From an uncultured Planctomycetia bacterium (GTDB lineage Bacteria > Omnitrophota > Gorgyraeia > 2-02-FULL-51-18): a stretch of DNA of 61,854 nucleotides. Below, piece by piece: positions 28,044-37,181 of the stretch. Under the pieces are notes generated by a model. It was not told where the DNA came from. It did no database searches and saw only the letters and a list, made by a program, of their open reading frames with translations. The stretch is from contig CAZXLF010000005.1 of NCBI GenBank assembly GCA_964642015.1, forward strand, positions 1 through 61,854, written 5' to 3'. Position 1 is the stretch's first letter. Each line of letters starts with the position of its first letter. The position numbers were made by a program, and so were the translations under genes.

Positions 28044-28946
28044 CTATAAGCAGTGTTGCAAAAAGACCATCACTAAATTCATCACCAATCTTGCGCTTTT
28101 TTCACTTGCATCAAAAACACTAGGGTGGGCATTACCCTTTTCTTTCCGTTCTTGAGCCAGAACTGATTCAATACTTCTACAAATTTCTCTCGAAATAGAA
28201 TCGCTTGGAATCAATCCTTTCTTTTGAGCTTCTGGTATTAAGACAGATATTTTTCCTTCGCCAATTTTTTTGCCAAGGGTAATTTGCAAAAAAGCCTCTA
28301 GTGCTGATATTGCATGCGTAATACAAGTGCCAAAACTCTCTTTCGTATTCTTTTTATACTCGTCAAAACTATTAAATAGAAGCTGATTAACTTTTGCCCA
28401 TTTATGGCTAGATAAAGCGGCCAATACTGGAACATATATGTCTTCTGTCAATCTCCTATCTTGCTTAGGAATGATGCCATTCCTTGTTATGTGAACGTTC
28501 AGACCAAATTGAGAAAAGACGTCATTAAAATCTTTCATAACATGCTCTATATTTTCACGTCGCCATTTTTCAACGTCCTTTTCAAATTTCGGCGTACGCG
28601 TGTTTATTGCATAAAATATCGACTTTAAATAAATCGAGAACATTTGTAAGACAACATCTGTCGATTCATTCATAAAAATATGATAAAAATCCTTTAGCGC
28701 AGCCTCATAGTTTGCATTCGTTAAAAAATGTCTGCCAAAACTCTTAGCTTTATATAATCGATTAAGAGCACTGATTGAGTCGATAACGTGAGATAAATTT
28801 CCATCTGAAAAATATTTACCCAGATGAGCCCACATTAGAGATTTTTCCTGCGGATTCAATGCGCTCCAATCTCTAAGACCAAAATCTGGTCTTAATACTT
28901 TTTCGGCATTTGGATTAATCTCATTCCAAAGTTTAAATTCGCTCAT
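28044..28946 (-). CDS. Putative abortive-infection-type protein (AbiJ-like N-terminus, Abi_C/HEPN-like C-terminus)
   Basis: CITHAISALEAFLQ helix and ERKEKGNAHPS R..AH motif near the C-terminus. Confidence 0.5.
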   Translation of the reverse strand: MSEFKLWNEINPNAEKVLRPDFGLRDWSALNPQEKSLMWAHLGKYFSDGNLSHVIDSISALNRLYKAKSFGRHFLTNANYEAALKDFYHIFMNESTDVVLQMFSIYLKSIFYAINTRTPKFEKDVEKWRRENIEHVMKDFNDVFSQFGLNVHITRNGIIPKQDRRLTEDIYVPVLAALSSHKWAKVNQLLFNSFDEYKKNTKESFGTCITHAISALEAFLQITLGKKIGEGKISVLIPEAQKKGLIPSDSISREICRSIESVLAQERKEKGNAHPSVFDASEKSARLVMNLVMVFLQHCL

Positions 28947-28986
28947 ATGTATTCTCTTTCAAGTTTCATTATGATTGTAACTAAAA

Positions 28987-29008
28987 TCTGACCACTAACC
29001 CGATGCTC
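28987..29008. repeat. Junction motif, left half only (right island edge)
   Basis: TCTGACCACTAACCCGATGCTC, 19/22 identical to 26545-26566; no right half follows. Confidence 0.8.
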
Positions 29009-29183
29009 TTTTGAGCAAGGGTATAATTAGCCTCAATACAAGGTATTGTAGAACAATGACTTATTGGAATCTAGTTTGGAACAAGTCTGACAGTTTGAGC
29101 TTGCGGGGACAAATTGGGGTCAAAATCGAGCATTTTTACAGCGTTTGCTTTATGATCCAGAACTGGTCTGACTCAGAAACCGG

Positions 29184-29720
29184 TCAATGTTCGTTCAAAT
29201 ATGTTTTGAGCTTTGCCCAGGTTTTCGGACCGACCATGCCGTTCACTTCAAGCTGATTGTTCTTCTGAAAAGTCATGATCGCGTTCTGCGTGTCCTGATC
29301 GATAGTGCCGTTAATAGGGCCGCGGTATAATTTCGCATTCCTAAGAGCGATCTGGGCGATCTGGTTAAATGACAGATCCGATTTCAGCACATCAGGAACA
29401 CTGGCAGTGGCCAGCACTTCTTCTATGACAAACTGAGATTTTTTGTTAGAAACGGTTTGCCGCGCTTCCCGCGCCGCGGTAGCAGTGGTTTTACTCGAAT
29501 GTTTGGAAATTTTGGCGTGGCCGAAGAAAAAGCCCATGATGCCCAGTAACACGATCAATGATAAAATCGACAGAATAAATAACGGAGTGCGGTCCGCGCG
29601 CGGTTTTTCTCTCTGAAGACGCGCCGGTATTTCCGCAAATATAGGAGCATTGTCGGACAATGTTTTTTGTTTGTCTTTTTCTTGCACGGCTTTCTTCAAA
29701 GCTTCATTCATAACGCTCAT
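29184..29720 (-). CDS. GspB/ExeB-like membrane protein with a C-terminal peptidoglycan-binding domain
   Basis: MSVMNEALKKA N-terminus, TM segment, GPINGTIDQDTQNAIMTFQKNNQLEVNGMVGPKTW (PG_binding_1). Confidence 0.8.
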   Translation of the reverse strand: MSVMNEALKKAVQEKDKQKTLSDNAPIFAEIPARLQREKPRADRTPLFILSILSLIVLLGIMGFFFGHAKISKHSSKTTATAAREARQTVSNKKSQFVIEEVLATASVPDVLKSDLSFNQIAQIALRNAKLYRGPINGTIDQDTQNAIMTFQKNNQLEVNGMVGPKTWAKLKTYLNEH

Positions 29721-29783
29721 TGCGGCATATTCCTTACAAGTCTATGATGACCCATATTATACAAAATGACGGCGAGGATAGTC

Positions 29784-30260
29784 TCACTTTTTTTCGGATC
29801 TTTTCTGATTGGGATTAAAGATAGGCAGTTCATACTTCCCTTCGCCCATCGATAAGACCACGGAACTTTCGCGGATATTCAGGATCGTGTGACCGTTGAT
29901 CGTATCACCGATCGTATGGACTTCGCCGTTGATCACGGCCAGCGGATTCGCCTTGTCCCATACGATACCGGTCACCGTCAAGTCCGACAGCGCAGGCATG
30001 CCGTTGGCCAGCATCATCGCGCCAAACGGGTCCTTGCCCCACTCGCTGTCCCAGATCGTATCTTCTTCTTCAGTCCTTTTTTCGCTCTGACGGATCTGCT
30101 GGACTATATTAACATCACCGGCAAAATTGGTTTCGGACGGCGCGGCAACGACTTCAGAAGCCGCATGAGGCCTTTTAGAAAGCACATTGGTCCACAAAAG
30201 AAAAAAGAAAACACCCACCAAGACAACAGCTATGATGAGATTTCTTTTCTGCACGTCCAT
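29784..30260 (-). CDS. PilP/GspC-like pilus assembly protein
   Basis: TM segment, KDPF, LTVTGIVWDKANPLAVING. Confidence 0.65.
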   Translation of the reverse strand: MDVQKRNLIIAVVLVGVFFFLLWTNVLSKRPHAASEVVAAPSETNFAGDVNIVQQIRQSEKRTEEEDTIWDSEWGKDPFGAMMLANGMPALSDLTVTGIVWDKANPLAVINGEVHTIGDTINGHTILNIRESSVVLSMGEGKYELPIFNPNQKRSEKK

Positions 30261-30274
30261 GCGGTCCTCGCCTT

Positions 30275-30880
30275 TTATGCGTTCGCCAAAAAGAAACTGA
30301 TGGTCAATTGACAGTCCAATATATCTGATTTCGCGGAATTTAGTTTCAACTTGAACGAATCGACAACATAAATATTCGATGTCACCTGTTCCAAAGCCCT
30401 TAAAAAATTAGCCAACGCCTTATAACGCGTCTCAAGGTGAATATGCACCGGCATCCGGCTATATTTAACGCCGTTGATGCGAAAATCTTCACCGCTCTCG
30501 TCCTTAAGCGGCATCATCTGGTCCACATTGACATCCAGCACTTTCAGATGATTCTTTTCGGCCTGGTCGGAAACATGGTTCAGCGCTCCGGCCAGTTGAG
30601 ACGCTTTGATAAAACTCGACTTGAACAAAGCGGCTTTTCTTTGAAGTTCAGCCAATTCATGATCAGAAAGCTGACTGATCCCGCTGGCCTTAATAAGGTT
30701 GGTCTCCGTCTGCCTGGCTGCGAGCGCAGCAGAAGCGTGATGAAAGCGGACTTTCAAAGGCAGGAATACCAAAACAAAAAGAGCCGCAAGTGCTGCGGCT
30801 GAATATCCCCAAAAAACAAGCGTGCCCTTTCTAGACTGGTCCGTCAGAATCGACTTGATCTTCTCAACGATAAAGATCAT
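30275..30880 (-). CDS. PilO/GspM-like protein
   Basis: TM segment, coiled coil, MPVHIHLETRYKALANFLRALE; ATG overlaps the pilM stop. Confidence 0.7.
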   Translation of the reverse strand: MIFIVEKIKSILTDQSRKGTLVFWGYSAAALAALFVLVFLPLKVRFHHASAALAARQTETNLIKASGISQLSDHELAELQRKAALFKSSFIKASQLAGALNHVSDQAEKNHLKVLDVNVDQMMPLKDESGEDFRINGVKYSRMPVHIHLETRYKALANFLRALEQVTSNIYVVDSFKLKLNSAKSDILDCQLTISFFLANA

Positions 30881-32445
30881 GATTGCCCTTTCATGACACA
30901 TTTGATCTCAAAGCTCGAACCTTGCATTCCATCAGGTTTAGAACTGTTGACAAGCGCTGCATTCTCAAAAAATGATACTTTCGACAGCTGATTGACAAAT
31001 TCGGTGACCGCTTTGAGATCGGCACCGCTTGCAGTGGACGCAAACCCATGCATCATGACAGTCTGGTCATCGCGGTCATATTCCAACTTATCCAAGTAGA
31101 TCGACGCAGGGATCGCGCGGCTGATCACTTTCAAGAGAACCGCATGCGACAGACTGCCCTTCAGCGCCACGTGCTTGAATCTCTCATACTCGCCGATATT
31201 TTTCATGAGCTCGTTCATGCGATTGATCTCGTTGGATTCGCCGACCAAAGAACGCATCTGCGAATGCACCACGTGAGTGCTCGCGGCAAACCAGACGGAC
31301 GCAAATATCAGGACGATCGCACACGCCAGTACCGCCAGTCTTCCGGCAACGGCTGCGATGTCATTTCTTTTTTGATAGGTGGACGCTGCCGGCAGTAAAT
31401 TGAACTGATCAACCGGCACCGAAGCGGCTCCCAAGGCCGGTTCAAAGGAACCAAAACTCTGAAGCACGACATTTTTTTTATCCGCGTCTATGTCGGGGGA
31501 TAGATGTTCTTCCGTCTTAAGACGAAGTGTTTCCACTTCCAAAAATTGAGCCATGAAATTCAAGAGCCCTTTTAATTCTGACCCGCCGCCGGTGAAGATC
31601 ACTTTTTTAACCGGCCGTGAATATTTTTGAGCTTCGTAAAAATCGATTGATCGTTTGATCTCAGAAACCATCTTGTCCAAATAAGGCCTGATCAAGCTCA
31701 CATGAGCGCTCTGCGGGTCTTGAACGCCCTGCTCCACTTTTATTTTCTCGGCCTGGTTCATATCATATTGGATCCTTTGGTCATCGACCAAGATAGGCGC
31801 TGTCATCATCTCGGTCAGGTGCCATCCGCCTGAAGACAGTGACCTTGAAAAAAAGACCTTTTTGTCCTGAACGATCACGATCCGCGCATGTTGATGGCCG
31901 ATGTGAAATATCAGACAATCCGATACCCCGCCGTCGGTCAGCTCCGCCAGCGCCGTGCAGATAGGGACAACTTCATCCACCTCGATCCCGGCTGATCTCA
32001 AGAACTGCAGCTGCCCCATCACTTCCGGTTTCTGACAATAAAAAACGCTATAAAACTTCTCCTTTCCGCCGCCGTCCACTTCGTTCTCGGTCAAATATTC
32101 GTAAGCGATCAAATGTTCGTCGGGATTAATAAAATATTTATTGTTCAATTCCCAATCAAAGGCGCGTTTAAAATCTTCTTTAGGCACATCAGGCAGGGCC
32201 AGCTGTTTGAACGTCATTTCATCATCCCACGGGACCACCACCCTGACGTTGCCTTTAAGCTTAAGCGAAGACCGGGCTTCTTGTAATGAAGACCTTTTCT
32301 GCTCTTCCGTCATCATGGAGTCTATCCGGCAAACAGCGACATTTCTGATCTTGGAGCTATTGTTAATTCGTTCGATATGGACCAGGCGTATGAGCTGGTA
32401 TCCGAGATCAACGACTAAAGTTTGCTTGGAAGGATTTTTAGCCAC
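30877..32445 (-). CDS. pilM: PilM actin-like protein fused to a PilN-like domain
   Basis: VVDLG, IFHIGHQHARI, IKRSIDFY, IFTGGGS, then a TM segment and ISRAIPASIYLDKLEY..HGFA (PilN-like). Confidence 0.8.
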   Translation of the reverse strand: MAKNPSKQTLVVDLGYQLIRLVHIERINNSSKIRNVAVCRIDSMMTEEQKRSSLQEARSSLKLKGNVRVVVPWDDEMTFKQLALPDVPKEDFKRAFDWELNNKYFINPDEHLIAYEYLTENEVDGGGKEKFYSVFYCQKPEVMGQLQFLRSAGIEVDEVVPICTALAELTDGGVSDCLIFHIGHQHARIVIVQDKKVFFSRSLSSGGWHLTEMMTAPILVDDQRIQYDMNQAEKIKVEQGVQDPQSAHVSLIRPYLDKMVSEIKRSIDFYEAQKYSRPVKKVIFTGGGSELKGLLNFMAQFLEVETLRLKTEEHLSPDIDADKKNVVLQSFGSFEPALGAASVPVDQFNLLPAASTYQKRNDIAAVAGRLAVLACAIVLIFASVWFAASTHVVHSQMRSLVGESNEINRMNELMKNIGEYERFKHVALKGSLSHAVLLKVISRAIPASIYLDKLEYDRDDQTVMMHGFASTASGADLKAVTEFVNQLSKVSFFENAALVNSSKPDGMQGSSFEIKCVMKGQS

Positions 32446-32491
32446 GACTTATTCTAAAATATCGCCTTTTAAAAGACAACGCATGATTACC

Positions 32492-34906
32492 CTAGCATAA
32501 AATTTTTGCACATTTGAAATAATTCAAATAATACAAAAAAAGACCCGTGAGAGTAAAAAGAGTGATAGCCAAACCTATTTTCAATAATATAGGATCATAT
32601 ACCCAAACAACCTCATGCTTGCCAGGCAAAAGATAGAGTGAACGAAACGCATAATTAGCTCGGTATATTTTCGCGGGATGGCCGTCCACCAGCGCTTTCC
32701 AGCCAGGATAATACATGTCCGAGAAAAAAAGCCAAGGTTTATTCAAGACCTTTACGGTCATCCGCACACGGTTTGGCGAATATTCTGTGAAATCCACACT
32801 GTCCTTTAAGTTCTCCGCGGCGGAGGCGCCGGAGCCATCGGGAACGGATGGTTCTTTTTCGATCAACACCTGTTGCTTGGCGTCGAACGCATTTGCGGTC
32901 AATCGGTCGAGCAAGAGTTTGCGATCGGTTTCGACGCGCGCTTTCTTCACCAAAAAAGCGCGAGGCAACGCGTTGGTATTTTTGAATAGATTCGCAAAAC
33001 TCGTTTGGTTCACCAGCCGAAATCCGTAATGAAGGGCCACGTTGGGGCTCGTCATGTATTTCATATTCAGCGCGTTCATCAATCTTGCCGGCCTGGGCCA
33101 TTTCATTTTAGATAATCTCATCCCTATGTCCTCGATGTCTTTCAAATAGATCGAGTTATATCCGTTCAAACTTTGAACACCAAAAAGCATGATGTAATTG
33201 GTGATCAAAAGCTCTTTTTGGTCTTCTTGGAGTTCACCGTGCGGGCGGCCAGTGCCCCAAACTTGCATATGAGCAACCTTTGGGGACGGAAGGATGCGGA
33301 ACAAAGAATGATCTTTCAAGAGAACCTGAAGATTAGTGGACGGTTTATCGAAAATCTCTTTCGGCAAAGAGGGTTCGTAGATATTCGCCGTGAAAAGATC
33401 AGCAAAAATAAGTATCGAAAAGAAAACGACCATAAAATTTTGACGCGGTTTTAGATATTTGGCCGTTAATATCCCGGACAAAGTCAACATCATCAAAATG
33501 ATCGTCCGGCTGGCATTAGCCAAGGCGGCGGATGATGAATCTTTCAAAGCTTCCATCAAGATATCCGATTTGATGATGGGACCGAGTTTTTTCTGCAGGA
33601 TCAATTCCATGCCGCGCCGGATCGATTCAAAATCAAACACAAAATAGACCGCGACTGCGCTCAAGATCAACAAATAAAAAACCCACAGATACATGCGCCG
33701 TCTATTTTTGGGTGAGCTTCGTTTTAATAAAGATAAAACCTGATCCACTCCGAACCCGCAAAGACACGCAACGCCGAAACTGAACAGAAAGAAAAAACGC
33801 ACCGGATAACGGATAAAATGGAACATCGGCACCCATCGAACACAGAGCGGATATATCAAAGAAAATTGGCCTAAAGACAAGGCGATGCCCAAAAGCGCCA
33901 ACAAAACATGATATCCCACCAAAGTTTTTTTACCGCCGAAGTACCAGGCGGCCAGTGAAAAGATCAGCACCGTTCCGCCGGAATAATAATTTTCCAGCCA
34001 GCTTTGTCGCTCCCAATAATTCATGATATACATGCTGATATCCGAAAAGAACGGGATCACCACACCTAAGAGATCGTTGTATTGAACACTCCATATCGTC
34101 CGTTCAAAACTTGCCAGATCTAAACGCTGAGAATAGTGAAGAAACTCGGCAAACAACAGCATTTGAAAAGCTCCTAAACCGAACAAAACAATCAAAATCT
34201 GCATCACAGCCGACAAATATTTCAACAAAATTTTTTTATTGATGAAAAAAAATTCTATGGTTTTAAACAAGGAGAAAAGACAGAAAATAAAAATAGTTCC
34301 ATAAGATATCGCCGGGTCTCCGGCCAAATATTGCCATAAGAGAACGACCGCTGTTACTCCTTTCCAAAAAAAACCGTCATGAAGCAGCGCACGCCGGAAG
34401 GTCAAGATCGCCAAAGGGAAATATGCCGCGGAACACAAAGAAATAGTAAGATTTATCGTGGACGCCATGTACCCGCTCAAAGAATACGCGACGCCGGAAA
34501 GAAAAGCAGAGGTTTGAGATATCTCACAATCTTTTGCCCATAAATACGTAAAAAAACCGGCAAGCGATAAATGGACCAATATATAAAAGTTGAATGCCCA
34601 AGTGTAATTAGGCAGATAAAAAAAGATCGTGAGCGGGTAAAAAACACAACTTTGCGGATTCGCTAAGAACGGAGAACCGCAATAATTATACGGATCCCAC
34701 AACGGGATCGTTCCATGCAGAATAGATTGTGTCGTAAATCGCCAGACAGGATAATAAAACCTCAGGATGTCCCTGCGGAAAAAAGTTTCACCGGCAAAAA
34801 TAACTTTTGAATACGCTGGCAAAAAAATGAACAAAAATAAAAAAAAAACTAAGAGCGTGTTTTTCGCGTCCTTAGTTCTTTGAGAGCAAAGTTCTTTTAC
34901 TCCCAC
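32492..34906 (-). CDS. YfhO-family membrane glycosyltransferase (GT-C)
   Basis: DILRFYYP, IPLWDPYNYCGSPFLAN, FYPL, C-terminal SDMYYPGWKALVDG..YRANYAFRSLYL. Confidence 0.85.
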   Translation of the reverse strand: MGVKELCSQRTKDAKNTLLVFFLFLFIFLPAYSKVIFAGETFFRRDILRFYYPVWRFTTQSILHGTIPLWDPYNYCGSPFLANPQSCVFYPLTIFFYLPNYTWAFNFYILVHLSLAGFFTYLWAKDCEISQTSAFLSGVAYSLSGYMASTINLTISLCSAAYFPLAILTFRRALLHDGFFWKGVTAVVLLWQYLAGDPAISYGTIFIFCLFSLFKTIEFFFINKKILLKYLSAVMQILIVLFGLGAFQMLLFAEFLHYSQRLDLASFERTIWSVQYNDLLGVVIPFFSDISMYIMNYWERQSWLENYYSGGTVLIFSLAAWYFGGKKTLVGYHVLLALLGIALSLGQFSLIYPLCVRWVPMFHFIRYPVRFFFLFSFGVACLCGFGVDQVLSLLKRSSPKNRRRMYLWVFYLLILSAVAVYFVFDFESIRRGMELILQKKLGPIIKSDILMEALKDSSSAALANASRTIILMMLTLSGILTAKYLKPRQNFMVVFFSILIFADLFTANIYEPSLPKEIFDKPSTNLQVLLKDHSLFRILPSPKVAHMQVWGTGRPHGELQEDQKELLITNYIMLFGVQSLNGYNSIYLKDIEDIGMRLSKMKWPRPARLMNALNMKYMTSPNVALHYGFRLVNQTSFANLFKNTNALPRAFLVKKARVETDRKLLLDRLTANAFDAKQQVLIEKEPSVPDGSGASAAENLKDSVDFTEYSPNRVRMTVKVLNKPWLFFSDMYYPGWKALVDGHPAKIYRANYAFRSLYLLPGKHEVVWVYDPILLKIGLAITLFTLTGLFLYYLNYFKCAKILC

Positions 34907-34909
34907 AAC

Positions 34910-35329
34910 TTAATAATTGCTGGTATCTACCGTACCATCCGAAAAAGCGCCTGACCTACCATAATCAGTGCCTGCAGCCGTAACGTACCAAAATCCTCTC
35001 GCATTCGTGTCCGTACCCGCAGGCAGCGCGTTTACTGCGGTCACACCTGTATTTCCGGATATAGAATTGGCCGGATCTTTGCTGTCCGCAAAATCCGTAG
35101 AAGAAATCACCGCGGGATAAGAAGCCGATCCACCGCTGGTCGCTGATTGAGCATATTTGATCGCCAAGACGGATCTTACCGCTCCCAGAGAACCCTTCGT
35201 GGCAGATACTCTAGCTTGTGATGCAAGATCAACATATTTCGGTATCGCAATGCCCGCTAAGATCGCGATGATTACAATAACAATAATAAGCTCGATTAAT
35301 GTGAAACCTTTACGGTTATTGATATGCAT
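34910..35329 (-). CDS. Major type IV pilin (MshA-like), paralog 2
   Basis: RKG|FTLIE class III signal; 139 aa from ATG 35329. Confidence 0.88.
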   Translation of the reverse strand: MHINNRKGFTLIELIIVIVIIAILAGIAIPKYVDLASQARVSATKGSLGAVRSVLAIKYAQSATSGGSASYPAVISSTDFADSKDPANSISGNTGVTAVNALPAGTDTNARGFWYVTAAGTDYGRSGAFSDGTVDTSNY

Positions 35330-35382
35330 GTCAGCATCCTTTTCTGGATTAATCCACACGAAAAGATTTTAAAATTATCAGA

Positions 35383-35411
35383 ATTATATATTGATAATAG
35401 TTATCTGTCAA
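35383..35411 (-). promoter_or_regulatory. Perfect-consensus sigma70 promoter of pilin paralog 2
   Basis: TTGACA(35406-35411)-17 nt-TATAAT(35383-35388). Confidence 0.8.
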
Positions 35412-35467
35412 ATATTATCAATATTACACTTTTTCTCAAAGAAAAAGCTGGGAGGCAAAATTTGAAT

Positions 35468-35887
35468 TTAATAAGTGCTCGTATCTACTGTGCCGTCGGA
35501 ATACGCGCCACTTCTTCCGTAGTTAGCACCGGCCGCTGTAACATACCAAAAGCCATGCGCATTTGTAGCCGTGCCTGCGGGTATTGCAGCAACAGCTGTC
35601 ACACTCGAATTTCCCGATAATGCGTTTGACGGATCTCTATTATCTGCAAAATCTGTTGAGGATATGATCGTAGGATAAGAAGCTACTCCGCCACCCGTTG
35701 CGCTCTGGGCATATTTAATTGCCAATACAGAACGGACTGCTCCCAGCGAACCTTTGGTAGCGGCTATTTTTGCCTGACCTGAAAGATCAACAAATTTAGG
35801 TATTGCTACTGTCGCTAGAATGCCAATAATCGCAATAACAATAATCAGTTCAATCAACGTAAAACCCTGGCGATCACGTATATTCAT
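35468..35887 (-). CDS. Major type IV pilin (MshA-like), paralog 1
   Basis: RQG|FTLIE class III signal; 139 aa from ATG 35887 with a GAGGAG SD. Confidence 0.88.
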   Translation of the reverse strand: MNIRDRQGFTLIELIIVIAIIGILATVAIPKFVDLSGQAKIAATKGSLGAVRSVLAIKYAQSATGGGVASYPTIISSTDFADNRDPSNALSGNSSVTAVAAIPAGTATNAHGFWYVTAAGANYGRSGAYSDGTVDTSTY

Positions 35888-35928
35888 ATTAACTATATCT
35901 CCTCGAAACACACCCTTATATTAACAGA

Positions 35929-35957
35929 AGTATACACTATCTATCGTTTTTTATCAA
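35929..35957 (-). promoter_or_regulatory. sigma70 promoter of pilin paralog 1
   Basis: TTGATA(35952-35957)-17 nt-TATACT(35929-35934). Confidence 0.65.
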
Positions 35958-35978
35958 ATATTGCTATTAATAACTCTT

Positions 35979-37181
35979 TTACCGGACGATATAAGTCAAA
36001 TCCCACATTGGCAAAAAAATACCTAAAGCCAAGAAAAGCACAATTAGCCCAAGAAAAGCGATCAGCACAGGTTCTATAAGCGTGGTCAGATTTTTGATCA
36101 TGGTATTTGCCTGCAGTTCATAATAAGAAGATACATGTTCCAAAAGTTCTTCCGTTTGCCCGCTTTGTTCTCCAACTGCCACCATCTGTACGACCATCGG
36201 TGAGAAAAAACCGGACCGTTTCATCGGTTCGGACATTCCTTTCCCCTCGTTAACGCTCCGCTGAATATCGATCACTGCTTTTTGCACCACGGTGTTGCCG
36301 ACCGTATCCGAAACAAGCTGCAGTGCCTGCAGAATAGGGATGCCGCTGGATAAAAGCTGAGAAAGGATCTTAGCGAATCGCGCCATCACCAAATTGAAAA
36401 GTAAAGGACCTGTCACAGGCATTTTTATTTTAAAATAATCCCACTGATATCTGCCTTGCTTGGTGTTTGTATAAAAACGGAATAAAAATACAAAAGCAAC
36501 GAGAACAAATAGCATCAAAAACCATTCATGTTGTATCAAGTGATTGATGCCAAGCAAAATACGGGTCGGCATCGGCAGCTCTTTCTTAAATTGATGGAAA
36601 AGAATAGAGAATTTCGGGATCACAAATGATACGATCATCAAAAAAGCGAACACCAGAGTTATTAAAGCTAAAATCGGGTATCGGGTCGCCGATTTTATTT
36701 TTTCTCTCGTTTCAGCTTCAAATTCGCACATTTCCGCTAAATAAAAAAGCACTTCATCTAATTTTCCCGACGCCTCACCCGCCTTGACCATATTCACATA
36801 AAGCAGATCAAAAGCTTCCGGATGAGAAGCCATCGCTGAAGACAAAGAGCTCCCGCCTTCTATCGATCTGATGACCTCTATGATGATCTTTTTAAACCGC
36901 GGATCGGTCACTTGATCTCTTAAAGAGACCAAGCTCGCCTGTAAAGGAATACCGGCCTTTTGAAGTGTCCAAAGCTGTCTCGTGAATACCATTACATCCG
37001 TAAGGTTTACTTTTCCGAATAGAGGACCCAAAGAAAATCCAGAAGACACGGCTGTGACCGATACAGGGATGTAACCCTGTTTGGAAAGAGAATTCGAAAC
37101 GCCGGCGGCATTTTCCGCCTGCATTTGACCGCTTGTTGCACGGCCCTTACGGTCATAGGCCTTGTAATTAAAATTTGGCAT
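35979..37181 (-). CDS. pilC: Type IV pilus/T2SS platform protein PilC/GspF
   Basis: FTRQLWTLQKAGIPL, AGEASGKL, VGEQSG, LIEPVLI..IFLPM. Confidence 0.92.
   Translation of the reverse strand: MPNFNYKAYDRKGRATSGQMQAENAAGVSNSLSKQGYIPVSVTAVSSGFSLGPLFGKVNLTDVMVFTRQLWTLQKAGIPLQASLVSLRDQVTDPRFKKIIIEVIRSIEGGSSLSSAMASHPEAFDLLYVNMVKAGEASGKLDEVLFYLAEMCEFEAETREKIKSATRYPILALITLVFAFLMIVSFVIPKFSILFHQFKKELPMPTRILLGINHLIQHEWFLMLFVLVAFVFLFRFYTNTKQGRYQWDYFKIKMPVTGPLLFNLVMARFAKILSQLLSSGIPILQALQLVSDTVGNTVVQKAVIDIQRSVNEGKGMSEPMKRSGFFSPMVVQMVAVGEQSGQTEELLEHVSSYYELQANTMIKNLTTLIEPVLIAFLGLIVLFLALGIFLPMWDLTYIVR

Larger units (their letters stand above)
23401..29008 (-). mobile_element. AT-rich cassette-like genomic island with repeated junction motifs
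   Basis: Abrupt AT-rich composition, eight co-oriented accessory ORFs, junction motif copies at 23401, 26545, 27132, 27962 and 28987; no integrase seen. Confidence 0.7.

Noticed and set aside
23401-29008. Classical integron with attC sites
   Set aside because: Some GTTAG/CTAAC words occur near gene starts, but there are no paired R''/R' boxes with the required internal complementarity and no intI gene.
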